A stretch of 64,000 nt of DNA, from NCBI GenBank assembly GCA_964016885.1, contig CAXHJY010000768.1:1-64000 (forward strand), read 5' to 3'. Under the pieces are notes generated by a model. The model was given only the letters and a program-made list of their open reading frames with translations, ran no database searches and was not told where the DNA came from. The position numbers and the translations under genes are program-made. This stretch comes from Eledone cirrhosa. Its lineage: Eukaryota. Below, piece after piece: positions 39,448-54,912 of the stretch (position 1 is the stretch's first letter; the number at the start of each line of letters is the position of its first letter).

Positions 39448-41270
39448 CCTAACACATATATATACACCCTAACATATACACACTAACACATATATATACA
39501 CCCTAACATATATACACCCTAACATATATATATACCCTAACACATATATATATACACCTGAACACATATATATGCACCCTAACACAAATATATACAACCT
39601 AACATGTATATATACACCCTAACATATATATATAAACTCTAACACATATATATACACCCTAACACACATATATATATACACCCTAACACATATATATATA
39701 TACACACACCCTAACACATATATATATATACACCCTAACACATATATATATATACACACCCTAACATATATATATACACCCTAACACACATATATATATA
39801 CCTTAACACACATATATACACCCTAACACACATATATACACCCTAACATATATATACACCCTAACACATATATATACACCCTAACACATATATATACACG
39901 CTAACATATATATATATATACACCCTAACACATATATATATACACCCTAACATATATATATATATATACCCTAACATATATATATACACCCTAACATATA
40001 TATATATATATACACCTTAACACATATATACACCCTAACACACACATATATATACACCCTAACATATATATATATACCCTAACACATATATATACACCCT
40101 AACACATATATATACACCCTAACATATATATATATATATACACTCTAACACATATATATATATACACCCTAACATATATATATACACCCTAACACATATA
40201 TATATACACCCTAACACATATATATAAACCCTAACATATATATATATATACACCCTAACATATATATATATATATACACCCTAACACATATATATACACC
40301 CTAACACATATATATACACCCTAACATATATACACCCTAACATATATATATACCCTAACACATATATATATACACCTGAACACATATATATGCACCCTAA
40401 CACAAATATATACAACCTAACATGTATATATACACCCTAACATATATATATAAACTCTAACACATATATATACACCCTAACACACATATATATATACACC
40501 CTAACACACATATATATATACACCCTAACATATATATATATATACACCCTAACACATATATATATATATGCACCCTAACATATATATATATATACACACT
40601 AACACACATATATATACACCCTAACACACATATATACACCCTAACACATATATATACACCCTAACACACATATATATACACCCTAACACATATATATATA
40701 TAAACCCTAACATATATATACACCCTCACATATATGTATACACCCTAACACATATATATACACCCTAACACATATATATACACCCAAACACATATATATA
40801 CACCCTAACACACATATATGTACACACTAACACACATATATATATACACCCTAACACATATATATATATACACCCAAACACATATATACACCCTAACACA
40901 CATATGTACATCCTAACACATATATACATCCTAACACATATATACACCCTAACACACACATATATATACACCCTAACACATATATATACACCCTAACACA
41001 TATATATATACACCCTAACACATATATATACACCCTAACATATATACACCCAAACACACATATATACACCCCAACACACATATATACACCCCAACACATA
41101 TATACACCCAAACACATATATACACCCAAACACATATATACACACACACTAACATACATATATACACACACGCAAACACATATATATAAACCTAAACACA
41201 CATATATACACACCCAAACACATTTATATACACCCAAACACATTTATATACACCCTAACACACATATATA
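38328..41270 (+). repeat. Minisatellite of CACCCTAACA + (TA)n units, decaying rightward to CCCAAACA/CACAAACA
   Basis: Directly visible; contains single CCCTAA hexamers. Confidence 0.92.
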
Positions 41271-41903
41271 TATACACCCAAACATGTTTATACACACACA
41301 AACACATATATATATGCACACAAACATGTTTATACACACAAACACATATATATACACACAAACATGTTTATATACACACAAACACATATAAATATGCACA
41401 CAAACATGTTTATACACACACACAAACACATATATATACACACACAAACATGTTTATAAACACACAAACACATATATATATGCACACAAACATGTTTATA
41501 CACACACACACAAACACATATATATACACACAAACACATATATATACACAAACAAACACATATATACACACAAACACATATATATATATATATATAAGCA
41601 GAATATATAAGCAGAATAGCGAAAGTGTATACACACACACACACACATATATACACACGCACACATATATATATATACACACACATATACATACACACAC
41701 ATACATATATACATATGCACACACACACACACACCAAATACATGCACATACATATATACATATGCACACACACACACATATAGACACACATATATATAGA
41801 GAGAGATGGAGAGAGAGAGAGAGAGAGAGAGAGGGGGAGAGAGAGAGAGGGGAGAGAGAGAGAGAGGAAGAGAGAGAGAGAGAGAGGGAGAGAGAGAGAG
41901 AGA

Positions 41904-41988
<85 letters not shown>

Positions 41989-42074
41989 GGAGAAGATGTA
42001 GACTAGATGACACCAACAGAATATAGTGAAAGTATATGTGCTGCCATCTGTAAAGATAAATAGGAACTACTCAC

Positions 42075-42148
42075 TATTGTACTGGCATTGATGTAATCAG
42101 AACCTGAAGCATTTGTGGAGTGATTTAACAGCACACGGGAATGGTTGT
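42075..42148 (-). CDS. PTPRN2: IA-2-like PTP exon ([Y]NHSRVLLNHSTNASGSDYINASTI)
   Basis: Acceptor ttgcag, donor gtgagt; 74 bp = 2 nt + 24 codons; DYINAS motif; completes the TAC codon begun in the previous exon. Confidence 0.93.
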
Positions 42149-42215
42149 CTGCAATAACACAGAAGACATATTGGATATATATATCATATACATCATATAT
42201 ATATATATATATATA

Positions 42216-42265
<50 letters not shown>

Positions 42266-42428
42266 AAATGAAGTAATTCCATCGGAAAAGTCCAGGAAAA
42301 AAGAGTGCTCTATGTAAGCAACAGAGCTTAATTATTATTATTATGTAATAAACAACATAAGGCAATTATTTGCTTTTAAGAAACCACTGGTAAATGGAAT
42401 AATTGCCTTATGTTGTTTATTACATAAT

Positions 42429-42484
<56 letters not shown>

Positions 42485-42523
42485 GATATTAACAAATGGA
42501 AACTATATTTATAAAACCATATT

Positions 42524-42588
42524 TATTTCATTATACATATTTCAGGGATACCAAATTAAATTATGGTATGCCTTCATCAGACAAAATA
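42524..42588 (-). ncRNA. Type I hammerhead ribozyme motif (family F; element 42482-42760)
   Basis: Minus strand: tattttgt-CTGATGA-[aggcatacca..tggtatccct]-GAAA-tatgta-TA-atgaaata. Confidence 0.78.
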
Positions 42589-42757
42589 CAATATATGACA
42601 GTTCTACAAATGAGCTTTGACGTACCCTTTTAAAATGCGACCATTATTTTTGGAGGCTGTCTGGATAGTGAATTGTTTATATTATTTTAATAAGTCGAGT
42701 GCTTTATATCAGTTATAAAAATATTTACTTGTATCCCAACAATTTAAATAGAACTTT

Positions 42758-42810
<53 letters not shown>

Positions 42811-42812
<2 letters not shown>

Positions 42813-43152
42813 TTTTCATTTCATTTCATTTTACGTCCACTTTTCCCTGCTTGCAAGGGTGGGACGGGAACTGATTCTGGCTTGATTTCTACAGCTGGAT
42901 GCCCTTCCTAACACCAACCTCATTTACAGTGAGTGCTGGGTGCTTTTTTTGCCGTAGCACCTCCACGACCACTTTGCAGTGGAATGATAGGTACCCCAGT
43001 CCCTATCATCTCATTTCTACAGCTGAGTAAACTGGAGCAATGTGAAATAAAGTGTCTTGCTCAAGGAAACAACACATCACCCAGTCTGAGAATTGAACTC
43101 ACAACCTTTCGATTGCAAGGCCAATGCTCTAACCACTAAGCCATGTGCCTCC
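42811..43152 (-). mobile_element. SINE family A, full length
   Basis: Near-identical to 12321-12662 and 16548-16895. Confidence 0.88.
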
Positions 43153-43234
43153 ATATACACATATATATGTATATATAAATATATATGTATATATAAATAT
43201 ATATGTATATATAAATGTATATATATATATATAC

Positions 43235-43625
<391 letters not shown>

Positions 43626-43634
43626 ATTTATAAG

Positions 43635-44068
43635 CAGAAGTAATATTCAATTTGTCGGAAATTCAACAACTATAAATGTTTATAACTGATTCAGAGCACT
43701 CTACAGGTTTCTCTGGAGTATAATATTCAATGATATTACATAAATGGAAACTATATATATAAAACCATATTTATTCTATTATATACATTTCAAGGGTATC
43801 AAAACTTTGGTATGTTTTTATCAGATAAAATACAAAGTGCGTTTCATAAATTTTGACATAACCAAGGAGAATATACCTTAATGGTTAAAGTTTTCACTAT
43901 CCAAGGAAAACTTGAACGGGTGAGGTATATTCTCCTTAGTTATGTCAAAATTTATAAAACAAAATTTGTATTTTATCTGATGAAAGTGTACCAAAGTTTT
44001 GACACCCTTGAAATGTATATAATAGAATAAATATGGTTTTATAAATATAGTTTCCATTTATTTAATAT

Positions 44069-44072
<4 letters not shown>
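43635..44072. mobile_element. Fold-back family-F element; intact hammerhead at 43969-44029 (plus), CTGATAA mutant on the minus arm
   Basis: Inverted arms with the tail on the left. Confidence 0.8.
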
Positions 44073-44137
<65 letters not shown>

Positions 44138-44281
44138 TATATCATATACATATATATATATACATTTATATATACATATATATATATATACATTTATATA
44201 TACATATATATATACATTTATATATACAGATATATATACATTTATATATACATATAATAATGATAATAATAATAATAATGA

Positions 44282-44313
<32 letters not shown>

Positions 44314-44672
44314 CATTTATATATACATATATATATACATTTATATATACATATATATATACATTTATATATACATATATGTATATACATTTATATATAC
44401 ATATATATACATATATACATATATATACATATATATACATATATACATATATATACATATATATTTATATATACATATATATACATATATATTTATATAT
44501 ACATATATATATAGATATAGATAGGTAAATATACACGGGTGAGTATGATTGTGTATAGAAGATTATATTAATAAGAGGAATTCCAACTATACATATATAT
44601 ATATACATATATATACATATATATATATATACATATATATACATATATATACATATATATAGATATATATAC

Positions 44673-44703
<31 letters not shown>

Positions 44704-44748
44704 CATATATATACATACATATACATACATATATATACATATATATAC

Positions 44749-44832
<84 letters not shown>

Positions 44833-45371
44833 ATACATATATACATATATACATACATATATATATATACATATATACATATATATATATATATACATAT
44901 ATACATACATATATATATATACATATATATACATATATATATATATATACATATATACATACATATATATATATACATATATATACATATATATATATAT
45001 ATATACATATATATACATATATATATACATATATATATATATACATATATATACATATATATACATATATATATACATATATATACATATATACATATAT
45101 ATATATACATATCTCTACATAACAAAGAAAATGTGGTAAGGAACCAGGTGGACCATAGCGCACCAAAGTACTCAATACTTAGGGTAGTAGAGTGGGTAAT
45201 AGGAACGAGTAGGACCCCGACGACAGAATTAGCCGTCGAAACGGCTTGAGCTAGCCGTCGGGGTCCTACTCGTTCCTATATATACATATATATACACATA
45301 TATATATACATATATATATACATATATATACACATATATATATACACTTATATACCTATATATATATATAC

Positions 45372-45422
<51 letters not shown>

Positions 45423-45623
45423 CATATATATATATACATATATATATATATACATATATATATATACATATATATATATATACATATATATACATATATA
45501 TACATATATATATATATATATACATATATATACATATATATATATATACATATATATATATACATATATATATATATACATATATATATATACATATATA
45601 TATATATACATATATATATATAC

Positions 45624-45676
<53 letters not shown>

Positions 45677-46048
45677 TATACATATATACACACATATATA
45701 TATATATATATGTATACATATATATACATATATATACATATATACACATATATATATACACATATATATATACACATATATATATATACATATATATATA
45801 TACATATATATATATACATATATATATATACATATATATATATACATATATATACATATACATATATATATACATACACATATATATATACATACATATA
45901 CATATATACATATACATATACATATATACATATATATATATACATATACATTTACATATATATATACATATACATATACATATATATATACATACATATA
46001 CATATATATATACATATATATATACATACATATACATATACATATATA

Positions 46049-46079
<31 letters not shown>

Positions 46080-46399
46080 ATACATATATATATATACATA
46101 CATATATATATATACATATATATATATACATATATATATACACATATATATATACATACATATATATATATACATACATATATATATACATACATATATA
46201 TACATATACATATATACATATATATATATACATACATATATATATATACATATATATATATACATACATATATATATACATACATATATATATATATACA
46301 TATATATACATATATATACATATATATACATATATATACATATATACATATATATACATATATATACATATATACACATATATATATACATATATACAC

Positions 46400-46434
<35 letters not shown>

Positions 46435-47742
46435 CATATATATACATATATACACATATATATACATATATATATATACATATATATACATATATATATA
46501 TATACATATATACATATATATACATATATATATATATACATATATATACATATATATATACATATATATATATATACATATATATACATATATATATATA
46601 CATATATATACATATATATATACATACACATATACATATACATATATATACATATATACATATACATATACATATATACATATATATATATACATATACA
46701 TATATATATACATACATATATACATATATATATATATACATATACATATACATATACATATATATACATATACATATACATATATATATACATATATATA
46801 TATATACATATACATATATATATACATACATATACATATATATATACATATATATATACATACATATACATACATATACATATATATATACATACATATA
46901 CATATATATATATACATACACATATATATATATACATACATATATATATATACATATATATATATACATATATATATACATACATATATACATATATATA
47001 TATACATACATATATATATACACATATATATATACATACATATATATATACATACATATATATATACATACATATATATATACATACATATATATATACA
47101 TACATATATATATATACATATATATATATATACATATATATATACATACATATATATATATATACATATATACATATATATATATATATACATATATATA
47201 TACATATATATATACATATATATACACATATACATATATACACACATATACATATATACACATATATACATATACATATATATATATATACATATATATA
47301 TATACATATATATATACATATATATATATACATATATATATACATATATATATACATATACATATATATATACATATATATATACATATACATATATATA
47401 CACATATATATACATATACATATATATACACATATACATATATATATACACATATATACATACATATATATACATATATATACATATATATATACATATA
47501 TATATACATATACATATATATACACATATACATATATATATACACATATATACATACATATATATACATATATATATATACATATATATATATACATATA
47601 TATATATACATATATATATACATATATATGTATATATATATATATACCTATATATTTATATACATATATATATATACACATATACATATATACACATATA
47701 CACATATACACATATACATATATATACATATATATACATATC
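44073..47742. repeat. Long (TA)n/TACA microsatellite tracts, interrupted by short repeats at 44520-44590 and 45120-45280
   Basis: Directly visible. Confidence 0.93.
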
Positions 47743-47744
47743 TC

Positions 47745-48585
47745 CCTAAAAATGAAAGGCAGGTTGTACGATGCCTGCATACGAACAGCAATGCTGCATG
47801 GCAGTGAGACCTGGGCATTGTGTGCAGAGGATATACGCAGACTAGAGAGGAACGAAGCTTGCATGCTCCGCTGGATGTGTAACAGTAATATACATGAACG
47901 GCAAAGCATAAACGAACTAAGGAAAAAATTAGAAATAAGAGGGATCAGATGTTGTTTACTCGAGAGAAGGCTACGTTGGTATGGTCACGTGATGCGCATG
48001 AAAGACGACAGCTGTATAACAAAGTGCAGGGCAATAAAGATAGACGGTAGCCACGGAGTAGGCAGACCCAGAAAAACATGGGACGAGCTGATAAACTCCG
48101 ACATCACACACTTACACCTCTCCAAGACAATGTCACTGGACCGAGACCTTTGGCGGTACTCAGTAACAGAGAAGACCCGCCTTACCTAAATATATAGTAA
48201 AACCTACTCCAGCCAGTAGGCATCTCTAACAAAATACACCCCGTCCCACCACCACCACCCCCACCCCATCCACACCACCCCGTTCTATGTAAAGTTATGT
48301 TGGTGCCGCGCCATCGAGGCCGAAACAAATGAGATCGTGTAGGTGTCACGACAAAAAAACACACAGTCCACGCTGTAATGTGGCCGTGTAGGCAACACGG
48401 TAAAAACCTCCCAGACCCACACTGTAAATGTGGTTGGTGTTAGGAAGGGCATCCAACTGTAGAAAACCTGCCAGACAGTCCTATGCGAGCAAGACAATCA
48501 CTTTTGCCTCAAGTGGGACTACCCCCGTCCAAACCCATGCAAGCGTGGAACACGGACGTTAAACGTTGATGATGATGATGATGAT
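47745..48585 (+). mobile_element. 5'-truncated RTE-clade LINE (ORF C-terminus, 3' UTR and (GAT)n tail)
   Basis: ORF 47752-48189 has [27 protein letters not shown] and GRPRKTW, typical of the RTE C-terminus. Confidence 0.85.
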
Positions 48586-48587
48586 AC

Positions 48588-48653
<66 letters not shown>

Positions 48654-48863
48654 TATATATATATATATATATATTATAGTAAAACAAAGTAAAACATTTC
48701 GTTTTAATCATTTTCTAACCCAGAAAAAAGAGAGAGAGACACACAAAAAAAAGGAAAAAAAAATATTTTTCTTCCTCATAATCGTCTCTTTCTCCCTGTT
48801 TTCATATATATTATATATATATATATGTATACATATATATGTATATATATGTATATATGTATA

Positions 48864-48909
<46 letters not shown>

Positions 48910-48935
48910 TATGTATATATATGTATATATGTATA

Positions 48936-48983
<48 letters not shown>

Positions 48984-49264
48984 TATGTATATATATGTAT
49001 ATATGTATATATATGTACATATATATACATATATATACATATATATGTATACATATATATATATATATATATATAATCATATACATATATATATATATAT
49101 ATCATATACATATATCATATACATATACATATATATTTATATATAGATATATATATATATAAATAAATATACACGGGTGTGTATGATTGTGTATAGAAGA
49201 TTATATTAATAAAAGGAATTCCAACTTTGATTTACTCGTTTTATTTACACTCAAAATTATAATG

Positions 49265-49442
49265 AAATAATAATTGTTTCTACTATTTGGCACAAGGCCA
49301 GCAAACACCCAGTGCATTACTGGTACTTTATTTTATCGACCCCGTAAGGATGAAAGGCAAAGTTAACCTCGGCGGGATTTGAACTCAGAATGGCAAGGGC
49401 CATAACTCTATGCATCAAAGCATGGCGTCAATCCACCGCCCA
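49265..49442 (-). mobile_element. SINE family B
   Basis: Matches 14108-14300. Confidence 0.8.
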
Positions 49443-50214
49443 TTATAATGATATAATAATGAAATAGTATGTGTATGTACTTGTGTGTTGGTGTCTGTGT
49501 GTGTATGTTGGTGTGTAAATGTGCATTGGCGTGTGTGTATGTACTTGTGTGTTGGTGTCTGTGTGTGTATGTTGGTGTGTAAATGTGTATTGGCGTGTGT
49601 GCATGTACTTGTGTGTTGGTGTCTGTGTGTGTGTTTTTGTCTGTTTCTGTGAATGTGAGGGTGTCAGTGTATGTGTGTGTATATTTTTGTCTGAGTGTGT
49701 CAGTGTTTCTGTGTATGTGAGGGTGGATGTGTGTGTGTATATTTTTGTCTGAGTGTGTCAGTGTTTCTGTGTATGTGAGGGTGTCAGTGTGTGTGTGTGT
49801 GTGTGTGTATTTTTGTCTGAGTGTTTGTGTGTCAGTGTGAGTGAGTGTGTCAGTGTTTCTATGTTAGTTTCTGTTTCTGTGTGTGTGAGTAAGTGCGTGT
49901 GTGTGTGTGTGTGAGTAAGTGTGTGTGTGTGTGTGTGTCGCAGGATACTGGTCAAGCAACATGTTGTCAAGGCAGATGTGGATTCTATTGCTATGTTTGG
50001 CAGCAGTGAAACAGCAGTTGAGCGACAGCGCAGTAGCAGTTGAGCTGCAGTGGAGAAACAGCTGAGCAGTAGTTAAACAACAGCCGAGAAACAGCGGAGC
50101 AGCAGTTGAGGATCAGCGGAAAGGTAGTTATTGCAAATGTGAAGATGGCTCTGTTAACTTGGTACATCTGATGTGTTGTAGGACAGACAGCTAGCTATGT
50201 ATCCATCGATCTGT

Positions 50215-50812
50215 GGGGCTGTGTCAAACGACTGCTGTCACGGGTGGAACCTATCTGGTTGACCACCGAGTTCATTATAACGATTAAGCCGCCTCATCCC
50301 CTTCAAAAATGAAGGAGAGGCGGTGTTTCTGGGCGTAATAGCCATAGTGAAAGAGGTTGTATGGTGGACGCGTTTGAAAGGGCTGAGGTCGGCCACCTTT
50401 CTCTCCGGCCAACAACTGGTCCTTTTCTTCCGATATCATTTCGGAAGAAGGATCAGGATGGAGAGAGAGAGAGAGGGGGGGGGGCTCCACCCCAGTCAGT
50501 TTTATGAAAGGTGGGTGAAAGTGGTGAGAATGGCCCGTGTGAATGGGCCTTCTCTCAATGTCAGCCTGTAGGTGAAAAAGATGGAAGAACAAGGGAGCAC
50601 CCTCTCTCTGTGCTCCTGAAGAGAAGGGTTGCACACTTTTTCGGGGCTGTGTGCGACCCCCCCCCCCCCCCAAAAAAAAAAAAACGACTCTTCCCTATTG
50701 ATGACTTTATTGTTAATTTTATATTTGTTATTTGTTTTTTTACTCCTTCTTTTCTGTAACCCCCCCCCCCCTTGTATTTGTCCCCTTCTTTTGTGCCCTC
50801 GTGGCAATAAAT
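50215..50812 (+). mobile_element. 3' fragment of the Tx1/L1-clade LINE
   Basis: ORF 50323-50571 (KEVVWWTRLKG...RWVKVVRMARVNGPSL) homologous to 28198-28803. Confidence 0.8.
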
Positions 50813-50911
50813 AGAAATTTATCTATCTGGCTAGACAGATAGGTAGACAGAGAGATAGACAGACAAACCAATGGACAGCTATCTATCAAGCTAGCTAAAC
50901 AGACAGACAGA

Positions 50912-52460
50912 CAGATGGCGTTAGCATTGCAGGTGACACAGCTAACGTCTTTATGGTATGGTGGGACAGAAGACTTAAGAAACAATTGGACGACAATTTT
51001 ATAACCCTGACTATGTACTCCTGCTACGTAGATGACATAAATATTGTAGTAAAAACACCCGCCACAGGAGAACAGTCAGGAATTAGAGAAGAACACCATG
51101 GAAAGCATCCAGCAAATAGCTAACTCCATCCACCAGAGTATTAAAGTTCCTATAGACTACCCAAATAAACAGCTCAACCAGAGATTACCCCTACTAGACA
51201 CAGAACTCTGGTTGGAAACTATTAGTAATAGAACGCAAATCCTCCATTCACATTATGCCAAACCCATGACCTCCAAATACCTGATCCACCGAAACTCAGT
51301 AAGAGTGATGAGGAACGTGTCCCGTATGTGCAACCCTAAAGAATTAGACACACACACAACACTTCATCCACCACATGCAGTTCTCTGGCTACAATCAGAG
51401 AGACAAGATCAGGGTATATCAAGGAGCCAGAACCAAATGGGCAAAGAATGTAGAAAATGGTGTAAATGGAACTTGCTCCATGTATAGGAGCAACATTTAG
51501 GAATAAGACAAATAAAACAAACTCATGGTATGATAGCAATAAATACCAGAGTGTAATGTTTGTCAATACAACCCCTAGAGGTGATCTAGCTTATAGATTT
51601 ATAAGGGCTCTACACAAGCTCAAATTAAATATTAAGATAGTTGAAAGACCAGATATTCCCATAAAAACCCTAATTAGTAAAACATACCCATTTCAAAGAT
51701 CCCCCTGTACTGATAGGAAATGCATAGTCTGCAAGCTAAGCCCGCAAACTAACTGCAAAACTAGGAACGTAGTATATAGCATAAGATGTACTGAGGGACA
51801 GTGTAGGAATAAGAATATAACATAACATAGGTGAAACAGCCTGTAGTATAGGAAAAAGATAAGTGAACACTGGTGAGAACTCCAGGATGGGAAAAACTCA
51901 TCAGAACTCCACCAACATACCAAAATAGAAAATAGGGGCACATTAGAGAGCATAGAGATAAAAATTATATCCACACACAGAAAAGATGCAATGCTCAGAT
52001 AAATCACAGAGGCAACAAACATAAACGAACTCCAACCAAAACTAAACAGAAAACAAGAGTGGAATAGCAACATCACAACTGTATGTGTCTGTATGTCTTC
52101 ATCTTGTCCTTACAAGATGAAGACATACAGACACATACAAATACCAAACTAACAAAACAAATCAGACTCACACAGATAGAACAAACAAACATCTAGTGAC
52201 AAGTAAATAAACACAGAAATAAATAAATAAACACACACACCCGGATATAACGCATGCGCAATCTAAGCACACAACACAAAAAAAACCATGATGGTGTAGG
52301 ACAGAAAAAAGGAAAGACACAAAATAAAAACCTAGTCACTGAAGAGGTCACAGAATATGTGATGAAAGAGTTTGACAATATATAAACAACCATCCGGTTA
52401 TTGAACCAACGAACCAACCGGAAATTTATAATAAATTCAAGTGAAAATCAACACGTGTGT
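50912..52460 (+). mobile_element. Degenerate Penelope-like retroelement (RT + GIY-YIG)
   Basis: Broken frames give ANVFM, YVDDI (about 51025), LPLLD, HYAKP, then CxxC..NCKTRNVVYSIRC..IGET; degenerate hammerhead-like gtca-CTGAAGA..GAAA..tgac at about 52335-52375. Confidence 0.78.
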
Positions 52461-52530
52461 TTGTGTTTTTATTGACAGCATGATGCTCTCAATGTATAAC
52501 AATAGCTGTGTGTATGTGTGTGTGTGTGTT

Positions 52531-52589
<59 letters not shown>

Positions 52590-52610
52590 ATGTGTGTGTG
52601 TATATATAAA

Positions 52611-52870
52611 TCATCATCAATTTCATCATTTCATTTTACGTTCACTTTTCCCTGCTTGCAAGGGTGGGACGGGAACTGATTTTTGGCTTGATTTCTACAG
52701 CTGGATGCCCTTCCTAACACCAAACTCATTTACAGTGAGTGCTGGGTGCTTTTTTGCCGTGGCACCTCCACGACCACTTTACAGTGGAATGATATGGACC
52801 CCAGTCCCTATCATCTCATTTCTACAGCTGAGTAAACTGGAGCAATGTGAAATAAAGTGTCTTGCTCAAG
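52611..52870 (-). mobile_element. SINE family A, 5'-truncated
   Basis: Matches 42811-43065. Confidence 0.85.
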
Positions 52871-53275
52871 ATAATTGAATGGAAGGAAGTATGGGTGGTG
52901 TGTTGGTATAATGGTAACACATTGGTCCGGTAAAACCAAAAATGTGGATTCATGTCCCATGTACAGCAATACTCATCCTTTTTTCCCTTCAGAATTTTTT
53001 TTTAAATCCCACCTAATTCTATTTAGTCAAATACGGTGTAAGCACATGTTACTACCTGATTTTCAAATTCAATATGGCTACCCTCCTCCCCCTCCAACCA
53101 CAAGGCTAGCCCCTCCTCCTCCTTCACAGCAACCAGATAGTCAAGGACAACAGTTGCTATGGTAACAGCATGCAAGGTCAGTACAAGACAATTCTATTCC
53201 CTTCTTCTCCCTCATCGTCTTCTCTAGTTTTCTAACTAAATACTCTTTCTTTCGCCTTTACTCTCTCTCTCTCAG

Positions 53276-53326
<51 letters not shown>

Positions 53327-53419
53327 CTGTCCCTCTCTCACCTCATTCTCTCCTCTCTCAGCCCGTCTCCCTCTCTCTCAGCCAGTCTTTCTCTCTCCCT
53401 CCCATTCTCTCGCACTCTC

Positions 53420-53587
53420 CTTTTTTGTTCAAACCAGCTGTAACTGGCCACTCATACTAATGTTAAGGTATTGCTCTCAAAATAAATAATATCAAAATCT
53501 CGTAGATTCGATATTATGGGAGATAAAGCCTTTACCATGGAAATATAATAGTAAAATATAGAGTAATATAAATGCTAAAGGGTTAAG
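53420..53587 (-). mobile_element. Unexpanded monomer of the TTAACCCTTTAG MITE-like element
   Basis: Reverse complement aligns to 32895-32975 plus 34960-35058. Confidence 0.7.
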
Positions 53588-53749
53588 GAAAAGGTAAAAT
53601 GTTGTCGCAACTCTTATAAAGGCCCCTTTGGTCACGAATGTCCATGGGATTTGCACCAAGAAAGTTCCACTCCGAGACACAAGTCCGGGCAAGGATGTTT
53701 GTGGAAGACCAGCAGTCACCCATGCATACCAGTCTCCCTTCTCCATGTT

Positions 53750-53980
53750 TGTTAAAGATAACCTTTAACAGAGACAGGGTGAAACTAGGCTACTCCTGTG
53801 CTAAGAAAATGAAGGCCCACATCACAACAAACCTTAAGAGCAGCACCCCACCAGAATGCTCCTGCCAAAGGCCTGAAGCTTGTCTCCTTCAAACAACAAT
53901 GTAACACACCTGCTGTAATTTACGAAGCTGTGGTCACTTCTAACTGACCAAATCAACAACAAGGGGTTAAATCCTATAGG
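53750..53980 (+). mobile_element. Second Penelope-like fragment (linker and start of GIY-YIG)
   Basis: FNRDRVKLGYSC..CSCQRPEAC..VIYEAVV..SYIG across frames. Confidence 0.55.
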
Positions 53981-54912
53981 TGCCACAGTAAAAAAGCACC
54001 CAGCACTCACTGTAAAGTGGTTGTGGAGGTGTCACAGCAAAAAAGCACCCAGCACTCACTGTAAAGTGGTCGTGGAGGTGCCACAGTAAAAAAGCACCCA
54101 GCACTCACTGTAAAGTGGTTGTGGAGGTGTTACAGCAAAAAAGCACCCAGCCCACACTGTAAAGTGGTTGTGGAGGTGTCACAGCAAAAAAGCACCCAGC
54201 ACTCACTGTAAAGTGGTCGTTGGAGGTGCCACAGCAAAAAAGCACCCAGCACTCACTGTAAAGTGGTCGTGGAGGTGCCACAGCAAAAAAGCACCCAGCA
54301 CTCACTGTAGAGTGGTTGTGGAGGTGTCACAGCAAAAAAGCACCCAGCACTCACTGTAAAGTGGTTGTGGAGGTGTCACAGCAAAAAAGCACCCAGCACT
54401 CACTGTAAAGTGGTCGTGGAGGTGCCACAGTAAAAAAGCACCCAGCACTCACTGTAAAGTGGTTGTGGAGGTGTCACAGCAAAAAAGCACCCAGCCCACA
54501 CTGTAAAGTGGTCGTGGAGGTGCCACAGTAAAAAAGCACCCAGCACTCACTGTAAAGTGGTTGTGGAGGTGTCACAGCAAAAAAGCACCCAGCACTCACT
54601 GTAAAGTGGTCGTGGAGGTGCCACAGCAAAAAAGCACCCAGCACTCACTGTAAAGTGGTCGTGGAGGTGCCACAGCAAAAAAGCACCCAGCACTCACTGT
54701 AGAGTGGTTGTGGAGGTGTCACAGCAAAAAAGCACCCAGCACTCACTGTAAAGTGGTTGTGGAGGTGTCACAGCAAAAAAGCACCCAGCACTCACTGTAA
54801 ATGAGGTTGGTGTTAGGAAGGGCATCCAGCTGTAGAAATCAAGCCAGAATCAGTTCCCATCCCACCCTTGCAAGCAGGGGAAAAGCGGACGTAAAATGAT
54901 GATGATGATGAT
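53978..54912 (+). repeat. About 17 tandem copies of the 49-bp internal unit of SINE family A, followed by the SINE 3' tail (54800-54912)
   Basis: Unit AGCACTCACTGTAAAGTGGTCGTGGAGGTGCCACAGCAAAAAAGCACCC; period 49 (54001, 54050). Confidence 0.93.

Noticed and set aside
38328-41270. True telomere or telomere-fusion scar
   Set aside because: CCCTAA never occurs as tandem hexamers, and the array lies inside an intact intron
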